A DNA stretch of 50,926 nucleotides. Source: Craspedostauros australis. Lineage: Eukaryota. The stretch is taken from contig JALAGF010004709.1 in assembly GCA_030167865.1 (NCBI GenBank), positions 1 through 50,926 on the forward strand. The letters are read 5' to 3'. The notes beneath the pieces are model-generated. The model was not told where the DNA came from. It searched no databases and worked only from the letters and a program-made list of their open reading frames with translations. Position numbers and translations under genes: made by a program. Shown in pieces: positions 1 through 13,410 of the stretch; the stretch's first letter is position 1; every line of letters begins with the position of its first letter.

Positions 1-379
1 GCCTGCTGTGTGTTGTTCGTCGGCCCCTTGTGTGCCGTTGAAGTTGGTGCTCTCGGCTCGTGATTCGAAATTTGTCGTGTCGGCAACTTCAAACACACCA
101 ACACCTGTATTTGAATCCAATGTTCACATGCAGCAATGAACATGAGGCCATTCCAAGATGTTGCCACCATCTATCAATGATCGTTGCTGGCGACAATGGT
201 TTCAGAGCAGTGCAACGGATCCATAACAGTCGGCGATCGCTCGATTTGTTGGGGCGTGACGCTGTATCACTTCTTGTACATCAACATGCACACAACATTT
301 GATTGAGACATCAACACTTTCATCGCACACATTCTGATCATCCCCCTCCCAACATCTCCGCAACACGAACAACATCAAC

Positions 380-3017
380 ATGAGGATCACTCTCGGAGCC
401 AAGGTCACTTGCAGATGTGGGCCTCATCGGTCCAACGCACCTCACAAAAAGCATGGCTACATCGTGGGACGCACGATCAAGGTTCTTCCCAAACACAACT
501 GGATCGTCCATTGGGAATCCTTGGGTGTCGTATGCCAACACAGTTCCCAAACTCTCATTCGCCTGGAAGGCGATGAAAGTCCACTTCCCAACACCAAGGT
601 CAAAGAATACATTCAAACAATCTTCGTTGGAAAAGGAGTTGCGGCGTTGGATGCTTTTGCGAAGAGCCACAGATTCCTCCCACCACCAGAGGCGATCACT
701 GGACCGGCGGATGCACCTGCAGTCAGCCAAGACTTGGGTGTTGGGACGAACTCTCCATCCAGCAACATTCTCCCGAGCAACGATCCGGCTGCAACTTCTC
801 TACCACTGAACTCTCCTCCCATCAACATTCACCTGACCAACGTTTCGGCCGCAACTTCCCAACCAACAAACTCTTCACACACGCCCCCAACCAACAAAGT
901 CAGTATTGACGGCGGATCCGAAGAGCCAGAGGATGACACATCTATGGATTGCAACATTGACAACAACTTTGACAACGACGTGTTGAATTATGCAATTGAG
1001 ATGGAGGAACAAATCTTCCACTATGAACTACATCACGCAGAGAAGGCCACACTGATCTCCAACAACACCTCCATCAGCATGGGATCTCGAGCCGATGTAA
1101 TGACGTGGAAGGTTGTACCAGATGACCACATTGGCAGTCCCAAAGATGGATCTTCACGGGAGTGGGTGGGGGTTGCAAACTTTGACTTCGCCAACCTAAC
1201 TGTCGCGGGCAGGGGCAGGGACAGCAGGTACCAACGTATCAACATGCTGCATCTCCTACAGCACATGTGGCCTGGCGACTGGAAGGCCCAGGTTGACAAG
1301 CTCAATCAAAGGATCATCACAAGGCAACTTCCCACNNNNNNNNNNNNNNNNNNNNNNNNCAATCACCTCATATCTCATCACGAGTTTTGGGTGTTCTTTG
1401 GATTGCTCCTTCTGGGCACTATCGAAGGCACATCCTGCCTGTGGGGCGACAGAGTCACTGAAGGATTCAAACAGCCAATGGACGTCACCGACCACATGAA
1501 GAATTATCGGTTTCGTGCCATCCGAGAATCACTGATCCCACACATCTTCGCAGATGCATCCAAGCAATTCTCGGATCCATGGTGGCAAATTCAACCAGGT
1601 GTGGATGCTTTCAACGCGAAGCGGGCGAAGATCATGTGCGCGAGCACACTGAAGGTGATGGATGAATCCATGAGTGCCTTCAAGACACGAACAACCAAGA
1701 ATGGGAACCTTCCTCACCTATCCTTCGTCCGCCGCAAACCTGAGCCGCTGGGCATGGAATTCAAGACCGTTGCTGATGGAGAGACAGGGATCATGCTGTT
1801 CTTGGAGATCCAACGGGGCAAGGAGGGAATGGAGGGTGTGGCCTTCCTTGACAGGGTGAAGGGCAAGAACGCTGCATGCACCCTTTGCATGGCAGCAGCA
1901 ACCAACATCTGCACCGATCCTTCGAAGTCTCCGGATGATCCACAGTTCAACCAGGGCAAGCATCTTCCTGGGAGACTCGTGGTTTGCGTCTGTGGAGGCC
2001 ACCAAGGCGCTTGAAACAGAGCTGGGTGCGAAGTTCATCGGCATCGTGAAGACGGCTCATCGGTTGTACCCCAAAGTCTTCCTGGAGACCACAATGAAGG
2101 TGTGGCCATCCGGAAGCCAGCTGCAGATGGAAAGCGAGTGCGGCGGCCACAAGTACTATGCGCTGGGGTACAAGTACTGCAAGGCTAAGGTACTCTGCTT
2201 CGTCTTTTCCGCGGGAGCTGGGCATGCAGGCTGCGGGGCGCCGTATTTGTCGAAGTGGATCTCGGACGATGGGTGCCCCATGACAAAGAAAGTGGATCGG
2301 CCGAGTGTTGCTTCGAAGTACTTTGAAAGCTGCAACAAGGTCGACGTCCACAACCAGGCTCGACAGGACATCCTCGGTCTGGAGAGAACTTGGCCCACAC
2401 NNNNNNNNNNNNNNNNNNNNNNNNNNNNNNNNNNNNNNNNNNNNNNNNNNNNNNNNNNNNNNNNNNNNNNNNNNNNNNNNNNNNNNNNNNNNNNNNNNNN
2501 NNNNNNNNNNNNNNNNNNNNNNGTGAACATGATGGTCAAAGACATGCTCCACAACAACGAAGCCCCTGATCCACCAAGCTCATTTGCCAGGATGAGAAGC
2601 GACCAGCCATCGGAAGTGCGATGTGATGGCAATGGTGGCTCCTTGTCTTCGTTGACAACCGACAGTCCGGCCCATGCGACGACACAGGTGGCTGAGTGGC
2701 CCCGAGCAGACTTGATCAATGGCCACCACTTGGTAAAGCACCCAGGTAGAGTCCGGAACGGGAAGATTGACCATACGAAGNNNNNNNNNNNNNNNNNNNN
2801 NNNNNNNNNNNNNNNNNNNNNNNNNNNNNNNNNNNNNNNNNNNNNNNNNNNNNNNNNNNNNNNNNNNNNNNNNGGGTCTCCAGGCCAAACTGTTTGGTGC
2901 TGCGAAATGAAGGAGTACGACGGAATATTTCGACGATGTTTCGAAATCCATGCAGAGAAACACGCAGGTTCAAGGCCGCGTAGTTCCACACACCCAGACA
3001 CCATGACAGATAGTTAA
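380..3017 (+). mobile_element. piggyBac-like (PGBD / DDE_Tnp_1_7) transposase, split by a frameshift near 1935-1965 and interrupted by three N gaps; possibly a pseudogene
   Basis: ORF 380..2014 carries VMDESMSAF and RKPEPLGMEFKTVAD. ORF 1935..3017 carries IFLGDSWFAS, FIGIVKT and NKVDVHNQARQ. Together these give the three catalytic Asp motifs of piggyBac transposases. The C-terminus has Cys/His residues (WCC...RCFEIH). N runs lie at 1336-1359, 2401-2522 and 2781-2873. No TIRs were identified. Confidence 0.85.
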
Positions 3018-3822
3018 AGATAGATGAGTGAAGAAGTCTGTGTCACAACTCTTTCTATGTTCAATGGATCGTAAGCGAAAGCCAATGCAATGCAGGACAG
3101 GAAGTGAAACGCCGCAGGGGGAGGGATGATCGGCAGGAAGAAGCGATGCCACCGGTTTTCAGTGACCGGACCCGACGATATTGGATGTGGCAGAACTCAA
3201 CGAGGAGAAGAGATGTGAACACCAAACTTCGGGGAGGGATGCAACAGATGCAGGACAGATAGCTGGTAAAGTTTGGTGTTGGTAGGATTGAGTGATGTTA
3301 ATCCGGAGCAAAAGAGTGCAGATGTTGGTGTTTTTTGCAAGTTGGTGTTGTTTCTCTCGTAGCGGCTCCGTAGAGTTGTACCAGGATTCGACTACTTCGA
3401 CCCTGTAGCCCCTTGTGGGCGACACAAAAAGCGGATAGGCACTTGGTGTGTTGTTTGGGTGTGTGGATGGGAAACACAGTGGCTGGCGCCATTTGTGTTT
3501 GTTCGACTCATTCGAATACAGAAAAAGAAGGAACACAAAGACTGGACCAAGCGGAAGTTTCCACGGTGATGATTGGCATCATTTCCAGAAAATTCTTCCT
3601 CTGCCAACAACCACAGTGCGTGTGTGTCTGGGCAAACTCAATGACCCGCAAAGTCGTCGGCATCAGGCAGAAGAGGACAAACGACAGATCTCTTGATCGC
3701 ATTCTGTTCGCACGCACATACGAGCAACGTCGAATAGATTGGTGTTGGTACGTACATTACCACGGATTTCATTCAAGTACAAGCATAGTACGCATTGCAT
3801 CCGTCCAATCTCACGTTCGAAC

Positions 3823-4677
3823 ATGACATTCTCCAAGATCCTGCTGCTCGGCGACTCTCTGACGCAAACTGCGATGGGAGGATGGGGCGGCGGACTGGCG
3901 CACATCTACCAACGACGAGCGGACGTGCTGAACCGCGGTATGAGCGGATACAACACGCGCTGGTTCCTACGCTATGCCAACGACACGGGCGTTCTGGGCG
4001 ACGGGGTGCTGGACGAAAGCGTCATGCTCGTCACCATCTTCTTCGGTGCCAACGACGCCTCGTTGCTACAACATAATCCGCATGCGCATGTGCCTCTGGA
4101 GGAGTACAAGGCCAATCTCGAGACCATCCTGAAGCTTTCACACGCGAGCTATCCGAATGCCAAGATCCTGGTCATTACGCCGCCGCCAGTGTATCATCCG
4201 CAGCGATTGGAGTTTCAAAAGCAGCGCTACAAGGAGAAGGCCACGGGGGTGCTGGAACGCACCTTGGAGAACACCGGCCTGTACGCAGCAGCCGCAAAGG
4301 AAGTGCTGTCCAAGTTCCAAGCAGACAACAAGGATGCCACGATCGCCAAGGATGTTTGCTGCTTGGATTTGTACCAGGCCATGCTCGATGCTGGCAAGTC
4401 CGAGGGGAATGGCGCCAAGAAGGAGGATCACGGCAAGTTCTTCTACGATGGATTGCACTTCAGTGCCACTGGCCATGACTTCGTGCTGGAGCAGCTGCAG
4501 GCCACCATCACGCAGCGCTTCCCAGGCATCGCCGTGACTCCGTGTCAGATCACGAAGCAATGGAACAACTCGGGGTCCAAGTGTTCGGTCCTGCAGCAAG
4601 GGCCGTACCATGATGTCATCCAGCATGATGATTGGGAGACGGCGTTCGGAGAGTACAAGAAGAGGAGGCTTGCTTGA
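3823..4677 (+). CDS. IAH1: SGNH/GDSL hydrolase, isoamyl acetate-hydrolyzing esterase 1-like
   Basis: All four SGNH blocks are present: LLGDSLT, NRGMSGYNTRW, FFGANDA and DGLHF. First in-frame ATG is at 3823; intronless. Confidence 0.88.
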   Translation: MTFSKILLLGDSLTQTAMGGWGGGLAHIYQRRADVLNRGMSGYNTRWFLRYANDTGVLGDGVLDESVMLVTIFFGANDASLLQHNPHAHVPLEEYKANLETILKLSHASYPNAKILVITPPPVYHPQRLEFQKQRYKEKATGVLERTLENTGLYAAAAKEVLSKFQADNKDATIAKDVCCLDLYQAMLDAGKSEGNGAKKEDHGKFFYDGLHFSATGHDFVLEQLQATITQRFPGIAVTPCQITKQWNNSGSKCSVLQQGPYHDVIQHDDWETAFGEYKKRRLA

Positions 4678-7600
4678 GAGGATGAGGCGATTTCAGGAAC
4701 GACCGCACGGTGCAACCACGGGCAAGGATGGAAGGAATGCTGGTAAAATAGAATGCGGCATTGCCCATGAGATATGAATGCCATGGGCCCATGGTGCAAC
4801 AGTGTGGCGTTCTGATAGAGCAGTGCAGCATTGGCCAGATGGGCGGCTGGGCGAAAAGTGAGGCTCCCTTCTGCTCGACTGTCTTCAAGTTATGATTGAT
4901 CAATGATTGAAGAATGTGATAGAGTAGGGCCAATGGCTACAACTGGTAGTATTGCACTCTCCTCTATTCGAGAGAGGAAGCCCACTTGCGCTACTCCGCT
5001 ATTGTTGTGGGTTCTTCGCTGCACACTCTGCGCTCTACTCAGATGCTTGTTCACGTGAACATTTGAATGAGGGACGAGTATCAAGGAAGAAGTAGAGCAG
5101 TACTGCGCAGTTTACGTCGAGGTTTTGGTCTGGGCGAAATTTGTTTGTGGTTTGGTGCAGTTTGCGGAATCAACATGTGCAACGTGACATCTTTGATGGT
5201 TGGAGTTGGAGTCACGCATGTCGAGAGTGACCAAAGAGTGATGTTGGCGCGCTGGTGTGGTGAATGGAACAACTCCATCGTAATGGCATCACGCGAACAA
5301 ACGCAATACTATGCTGCCAACGTACTATATTCCGCAACATGCAATTCGGAAACAGAATCGAAGCAACGGAAGGACCTTCACCACCATCATCGTCACCATC
5401 ATCATTGATGTCGTCGAACAGAAAAGAGGAGCTCTGGATCGTACAATAAACTCGTCCCCAATTCAAAAGTGCGTGTGAACGACTATGACGGATCACGACG
5501 CAACCTTTTTCGTCGAGAAGAATTCATATCTGTACATCACATCGCCGGAATCGCGCTTCACTTCTCAAGGTGTGCCTGGCTTGTACGAGTACTGTACACA
5601 CTTCGCGATACTGTTTGCAGCACTCGTGCTGAGAAACAGGATTCAAGAAAACGGAACAGCAACCACAGACGAGATGGGAGCGCACGGCCCCACAATTACT
5701 CGTACCACGACACGCCCCGATTTCGGCCGCCATGGTCACAATTTGAATTTGTCGTGCGTCACATGGTGTGATGGGAAACACGAACAAACTTAAAACGCAA
5801 GAGAAGCTGGCCGAAAATCGTCGCCGAAAGAGACGGGCATGCCTCTCTGTTCGTACGCCATCTCATGTTTGGTGGGGCTTGATGGGGAGAGAGGGAGAAA
5901 AACATGAACGAGAGAGGAGAGGAGAGCCACGAAGCATCAATCCACACCGCATCCGCTGCTATTCACCATCTGTTTCCATTCAGCAGATGCCTCCATGTCA
6001 ACAGAGAGTGCGTTTGAGGCTCCCCGGGATCATCGGATAGCTCGCCGAGTGCCAGAATGGAGAGAGAGAAAAGCGTGTGCAATGACACTGCAGCCAGGAA
6101 GGGATGGTGGCTGGCTTCGTCGCTGTTGTCGTTGCTGTTGTTGGTGTCATCACAGCGTATTCAGCGATACTCGCACCCTGTGATAGTCGTTGCGATGACC
6201 GTTGCGATTGTTGCGATTGTTGCGTGAGGATCGGAAGGTCATCATCGTACAAATTTCCCAGGAATTGATGGCGAAAATTTATCTCCCAGTTGCAACTGGC
6301 ACTAAATAGTGAGTGGTTATACAGTTATATAACCGTTAACGACGGGTAACTCAAGTATGTGTGAAGTTGGTGTGTGATGCCTCGCTTGAGTTGATTGGTT
6401 TCCGTTGATGCCGATCTGACTTCCGTGACTTGAAAAAAATAAGTGACCTGACTTGATGTGTGTTGTGTGTGTTGGCGTTTCTGTTGGGTCCTTTCTCTTT
6501 CTGGCATCAACGATCCAAGGGGGAAGGCGTGCGCCATGTCCGTTTGCTTGTGTCTGTGTTGGTGTTTGTGTGCGCTCGTTCAGTGCGTTTTGTGACTCGG
6601 AGGGATTGGGACACACAGAAGACGGAGCAAGCGGGCCGAATCAAGTCAGGTCTCGTGAAGAAGTGGCGACAAGAACACGAAACCGACTTGACGGACGGAG
6701 AATCGTGGATGGCGCCAAGAGGCGGTGGGAACCAAGAGGGACACCGATGACGGCGAGGGGGATCAAACTGGGACACATCAAATAATTGCGCAACAGAAAC
6801 AAGCAACGGCAACCACGGTAATAACGCCAGCATTCGCGTGGAGGGGCAAAAGACGAACAATGGAGGGCTCTTCCGGCGTCAACGCACAAGCCAAAACACG
6901 ACATCGTGCGCCTGCGGGCGATGGCACCAACACGATGCACATCCATAAAACCAAGGCCTCGGAGGAAATCCCAACCCAAGGCACCCTCCGTTACGCCTGT
7001 ATCCCAGAGCATAGTCGTACCTCATCACCATTGCTGATCACGATACAAACACGGAAGCAACGAAAGCAACGAAAGCAACCAAAGCAACAGCGACCATTAC
7101 CGATAAGATAGAATAGCTGGCAGTACACTCCGGCTGGAACTCCGTTGCCGACACAAGACAAGACTTGCAAGAAGCCAAAAAGGGCGGGAGGTCGATCGTG
7201 TGAGCAACCAAGAAATCAACGGCACTCCCAACAACACTGCCGACACCAATTCCAACACCTCCACCGACGACCCAAGAACAACATCACGAGCGGCAACAGA
7301 GAAACGACAACAGCAGATAAACCGGCCGGTCCAAGAACAACAGAACATCGCAAGCGGCCACAAACAAACCGAACGCTGTCGCAACAAGATCTGTCAGCCG
7401 TTGGTCTCTTACTCCTGCTGGTGTCACTGCTGTTGGTGCTCTTGTCCACTTCTCATCATCAGGGGCGATCAGGGGACGAGGCATTTGGTGAACTGTCCGA
7501 TCGATCACTGCACAAACAGCGCGAGATCTTCCCCGGGAGCAGAATCCGAGGAACATCAAGGAGGCGAGGCACCCACGGTTCCAATCTTTGTCTCGGTTCG

Positions 7601-7798
7601 GAAAACAGTCTGCATCAGAGCATCCACACATCAAGAACTGCAGCAACGGAAGCGCTGCTGAAGTCGATCACATTACTGCTACGACTACTCTGCAGACATT
7701 CTCATCTGCGGGGCAATCGAACTCGTCCTTCTCTCACTTTCATTCACTGACTGCAAAAGAAAACGCAACGCCATCTATAACCGGCAGACCACAGCACC

Positions 7799-10700
7799 AT
7801 GAACGCAACCAACCCAGCACCCTCCACCTCGGCCACCAACCCGTCACCGCGCCTGTTCCGCGCGGTCGCGGAGAAGGATTACGATGCGCTGATCGAACTC
7901 TACGCGAAGAACGCAACATGCTTCGTCCATTCCTACCTCGCCATGAAGGAGCAGTGGGATCGAAAGCGAGCTCAAAGGAGCAACACCTGCGGCAATCATG
8001 GTCGTGCTCGTGGCGATCCTTCCGGTCATTACGTTAAAGCAGGTAAGGGCAAAGACATCGTCGCAAGGCATCTGTGCAAGGCATCTGTGCAAGGATTATT
8101 TGTTCTGTCTGCCGCATCAACACAATCCAGCAGGATCCATCGCCACATCTCGCATGATGTTCGCAAGGGGGAGGAGATATCATGCGACAAGCCACAGCGT
8201 GTTTGCAGGTTCAGTGTATCGTGTGCCGTGCATCGTGCGCTGCTTCTTGACCTTCTTTACTGAGCTCCTTTCATGCATCGTGCTATACTTTTCTAACATG
8301 TGACATCCCTGATCGAAACCCCAATCCCAACCTTACCGAACGCAACCCGCACTCATGCTTCGCAGAGGAAAAGCTCGATGAGTATGACCTGCAAGAGCAG
8401 CAGCCAGTTTTCCAGTACGACCCAAGCCTTCTGGCGAGATTGAGTCCGTTGTCACAGGCAAAGTTGGAGGATGACACATCCTACTTCTACCTCTTGCGTG
8501 AGTTGAAACGATACGCCCCAACGTCGCCTCCAGGCAAAACAGGCGAAGCAGCATCAACAGCAACCCAACATGACGGCCATCCTAACCACGCGGAAAGAGA
8601 CGATCGGGCTCGTAGCGATGACATGGACACCACCTGTTCCGATGATAGCGATACCAATACGGATGATGCGGCTAAGCAACGCTATGCTTACCTCCATCCG
8701 GAGCAACGCCGTCGCGATCATCGCGGAGATCACGCAGCACAACACCAAGACCGCGCTTCGTCGGCGGCTGCCGCTGCTGCGTACAGGCATGCGCACACCC
8801 CGGACGACCTCGTCTGCGTTTCCAATGATGCCGATCGCTTGCTGTGGGAGGCCTCCATGATCCTCAGCGACTCGCGACCTCCTCAGAACTTTGTGGTGTA
8901 CGACAAGGAGGGGTCGCTTCAGCCGAACAAGCATGTCAGCACCAACGGCACCAACGCCAACGGCAATAGGTCATCGACAGCATCTGCGCCAACCTCAGCA
9001 ACACCTGCTGGCAGCGCGCCACCGATCTACGATGGGAGCGTCGCCAACGCAACACCACCAGCCATCCACAACAACAACAACAACAACAACTACCATCATC
9101 AACAGCAGCAGCAGTACTTGTTCGGGACGGACATCGCTGCATCAGGCTCTGGCACCATCCTTCACTTGGCATGTGCCATGGACGAGCCGTTGCTGTTGGC
9201 CTTCCTGCTTTGCATGGGTGCGAACGCATGCGCGCCGCACACCGCCTTCCGCCGACTGCTCATCCACGAAGCAGCCTGCAACGGATCCTTCAACTGCCTC
9301 ACTCTTCTCCTCGAGCTGGGTGAACGTTGCGCCGTGGAGGAGTACGCCAAGCACCAACGACAGTCGCTGTACTACTCTCACGAACAGCAATCGGCGACCG
9401 CGTCTCCCATGCCATCGGGACAGTCTGTCAACAGCGAAGCGTGCGACAGATACTCACGAGACGTTTCGAATCAGCACCTTCGCGCATCACCTCCAACATC
9501 TTCGCTGCAGCAGTTGCAAGCCACGGCGCAACAATCTCTGGATAAGCCATTGGTGCTCCCCACATGGAATGGTAACGGCGATCGATGCCAGTCTCGCTCA
9601 GGACGTTCCTCCAGTTCCATGCCTTTGCCAAAGACCTCCATCTCCCTCACTCCCAGAACATCATCCTTCGGGCAGAGCATCCCGACTTCGGATCGGTTCA
9701 ACCTCCAATTCCAGCAATGCGGCGAACGCTTGCTGTCATCGCCGATGGTCTTGGATTCTGAGGATGACATCATGCACATCAATTCTAATGGGAACAGCCA
9801 GTGCATCCCCAGAAACGAAGGAGGGACCGATTTCTTGTCCATTCTGCGCGCATTCCGCCGTTGCGTGCACATGATGCGATGCAACCAGTGGACCAAGCTG
9901 GACGCCGCCCGGTATCTCATGCAATCCTATTTCGATCGTTTGATGGACAGCACCAAGACCACGTTGGCACGATCCTGCACATTCCGCCATCCAGCGAAAG
10001 CAAAGCCACAGCAACAAGGTTCCCAGAACTTGCACGCGGACGGGGGACAAGAACGTATGATGGGCAGCACCTCATCGTCGTCGACTTCAGGATCATCAGC
10101 ATCATCACAGTCGTTCCTTTCCATGTCTTATCACTCGCACGGCATGTATCCCAGGTCCATGGGATTGGGCTATTCTCTCTTCCGTCCATGCGCCGATGGT
10201 CACGGAAACACTCCATTGCATTGGGCGGCCTTCAAGAACGAGCATAGCTGCGTTTCCCTGCTTCTGCAATACCATGCCGATCCCAACGCGCGCGCGCACC
10301 CCTCTGGTTGGACGCCGCTGCATGACGCAGCTTACAGCAATTCCTTCGATTCCATCGGGCTCTTGCTGGATGCTGGTGCATATGTTGATGCGCGCGCCAA
10401 CAGCGGTGCCACCCCGCTCTGTTTTGCCGCCCAGGAGGACGCAGCGGAAGCCGCGGAGATTCTGCTGCAACGTGGAGCGAATCTGACCGCCCGCTGCGCC
10501 AACGGACCACACCGCGATGGCAATGCAACAGCCAACAATGGACGCCGTCGCCAGCAGCAGCAACAGCAGCATCCCATGGGACACCCACCTCATTCGCGTT
10601 TCAGCGGGTACACACCGTTGCATTACTGCGCGCATTACAATGCCCACCGTGCCGCCAGGTTTCTGCTGCAACACCACAGAGCCCAGTGGGCGATGGAAAC

Positions 10701-11856
10701 GCCGGATCTGAGCGAACGGTTGCCAATCCACATTGCTGTGGCCCGTGGAAGCAGCGACGTCCTGCGAGAGTTGCTGCATGCCGGCGCACGCATTGATGTG
10801 CGCCCGCAAGAAGAGCAACGGCAAGATCGCGGCCCGAGCCCCATTCCACCACCGCGCAACATCACCACGGCGCTCTTTGTGGAGAACAGAGGAACAGCCA
10901 CAACGACAGCCACTGCAGGTAGAGCAAACGGCAGTCAAGGAAGCCAGAGCAACGCAGCCGAATCAACCCAGAGACACAGAGGCACCAACGCGGTGGCATC
11001 GACCCCATCCACCGGTGGTGCGGGCAATGCTCGTGAGGTATCGCCCGAAACACCCATGCGTCGTGCGCAAGCGCCGAATCCGGAGAGACTCACGACTCCC
11101 CGTCGGTTGCGATTCCCGCAGCAGCAGCAGCAGCAGCAGCAACATTCACGCCAACAGCCAAGAAGAATTGCTGGTGATAGAACCTCCACGGTGAGACAGC
11201 CGGGACCAGTCGCCGATGCCTTGTCGAGCTCGATGGCGCTCACGATCTCGCGCACAGTGTCCTCGTCATCGGCATCGTCTGCATCATCGACGTCCTCCTC
11301 CATGTCATCACCGGGCACGCCCGTGTCGTCGCCAATCCTGCGATCCATGATCCCGTCGCAGCCAATCACATCGTCCAAGCCATGGAACTGCTTGACCCAG
11401 CACGCCATCGACGAGTGCCGCACCTTGATCTCGCAGGCCGAGCAGTCGTGGTCCCCGGCCCGCCACCTCCTCTTCACTCCGTACGATCGCCGGGCTGTGG
11501 TCGAGCTCTTGCGCGTCGGAAAGCGTCTGGAGTTGAAGGGCACTGGAATCTTCACCGAGCTGTGGCCCCTCGTGTTGTCGTTCTGTGGTCGTGGTTGGTT
11601 CGACGTCGCTGCGAACGGTGGTGTTTCCACCGATGCCATCATGGTCGCAAGATCCTCGCCGAAGAACATCAACCATGCGCCACTGACACTGAATGCAAGC
11701 ATGGGTGGTGACTCCACCGTTATCCACCAAATCAACAGCCAGGATGACTACGAGATGGGTGATGGCAGCCAGTACGACGATAGCGGTGACGATGACAGCG
11801 ACATCAACGGCAACCATGAAGAAGACTTTCTCGCGCTTCCCACTTTGGGCCGATGA
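7799..11856 (+). CDS. Ankyrin-repeat protein; 2 exons (7799..8042, 8366..11856)
   Basis: Ankyrin repeats GNTPLHWAA, GWTPLHDAA, GATPLCFAA, GYTPLHYCA and LPIHIAV, plus an N-terminal pair (TILHLAC, LLIHEAA). The ORF-track start at 8440 is a TTG. Donor GTAAGG at 8043 and acceptor CAG at 8363-8365 join the 7799 ATG ORF in frame (phase 1, codon G|AG). Contains polyQ/polyN/polyS tracts. Confidence 0.85.
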
Positions 11857-13351
11857 AGAGCACCGCAACCAACATCGTCACTCTGCAACTTCCTTGTTGC
11901 TGCAAAGGCGCAGCAGAACGCAACACGCAACGGTTGACATCAACATAGAGAGTACAGCTTAATCCTAGACACGGGGAAGCGATGGGCGGGAAACTGCAGG
12001 CGCACATCAATGAGCGCAGGCGAATGGACAGAATCAAATGGAGCCGCTCTCCTCCTCCCATCTCCAAGCTGCCTCGCATACTCGTGCATGTGATAATGCA
12101 GCAGCAGCCAACAGCAAGAGCAATAGCGATAACATTACCAATCGCAATAGCACAAGCAATAGAAAAGAATATCCAGAGTTATTCTACCTACATACTATGC
12201 ATGTGGTGTGATAGTACGAATCTGGAAGTTGCTGGGAGGCTTGCGCTGCAACTGCTTCCTCGATAGCACAAGGCAGATTCCCGCGAACTATCTCGATTTC
12301 TCCATGGAGTCCCGTTTCGCATAGTACTCGGGAACAAACAAGCGGAACTCTGTAGTCGCATGAATCAATCATTTCCAACCAACCAATCGTCGTTCGTGGA
12401 AAGGTGAGGATGTATCACGAACAATGACATCGCCACTTGATTCCGAGCTGCGAATTCGCGCGATGGCCATCACAGTTTCTCGTTCGCGCCAACAACGAAG
12501 AACACATCGCTGTTCTCTCTTGTGTTGGTTCGCCATCAGGGTGATGAGGATGATGGAGATGAGGATGACAAGCATCAATCCTCTTTCTCCTCCGTTCCGT
12601 CGACGGCACAAGGGTTGGAGAACGAAAGATGACGACGGGCAGTTCCCTCCAAGTCAGGGGGCTTGTTTGGAGGAGGCGACGAAGGAGATTCTCAGGAACT
12701 CACGACGTCCATCAACTCCGAGAAATCAGTTGGAAGCCTCAGTCGCCGCGAACGAACAAGAGGCCACAAGGAATGAAGATCACCACACACATCACCATAC
12801 CACACCAATGCTTTCGCATGGTTTCGCTCTCTCCACGGGCTGTCTCAAATGATGACATGACGAGCCTCGTTTCCACTCTACACTTCCACGATAGTAGGAT
12901 AGACCTCACTGCGATGTGCTCAGATCAGATGTGAATCCTTCGTTCATCGTACTGTGGATGCGCGCGAACGCTTCTTTTGGCTGGTGCGTGGCGCTCAAGT
13001 TCTCGATGGGAGGCAGAAAGGGGCAGTCGTCCACCCGCTGGAGCGAAGAAGAAGAGAAAGCAGATTCATGCTCTTAGGCGGCAAGGCCAGCACGGTGCAG
13101 AGGATATTGCCTTTGTCATTGGCAGACGCTGATGCAAATGCAGATCGAAGAGCAGAAGCAGCAACATGGTCTTCTTGACAGAGATGTGCAATCGTTGTGG
13201 TTGGAGTGGGGTTGGAGGTGCGCCTTTTTGGCAGAGGAGAACATTGCGGTATTCCGGGACTTGGAACTCATGGTCGTGAATCTTTATGGGACGTACCTGC
13301 GAGTGCTTTTGTCGCATTTATTGTTCGCCCCCTTGGTTGCATCTTTCAGAA

Positions 13352-13410
13352 TGTGTGATGTGATTTTGTGATGTGATTTTGTGATGTGATGTGATGTGAT
13401 GTGATTTTGT
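13352..13410. repeat. Imperfect (GTGAT)n pentanucleotide microsatellite
   Basis: tgtgatgtgattttgtgatgtgattttgtgatgtgatgtgatgtgatgtgattttgtg; a similar tract lies at about 27988-28025. Confidence 0.85.

Noticed and set aside
3010-3430. piggyBac terminal inverted repeat or TTAA target site; a 10-nt match GCCCCTTGTG near 23 and near 3408
   Set aside because: The TTAA sites present are not adjacent to a recognisable terminus, the short match is direct rather than inverted and of chance length, and the left end may lie outside the window.
4700-7790. Many 60-200 aa ORFs upstream of the ankyrin gene
   Set aside because: Low-complexity CA/GT-rich leader and intergenic sequence with no coherent protein signal.
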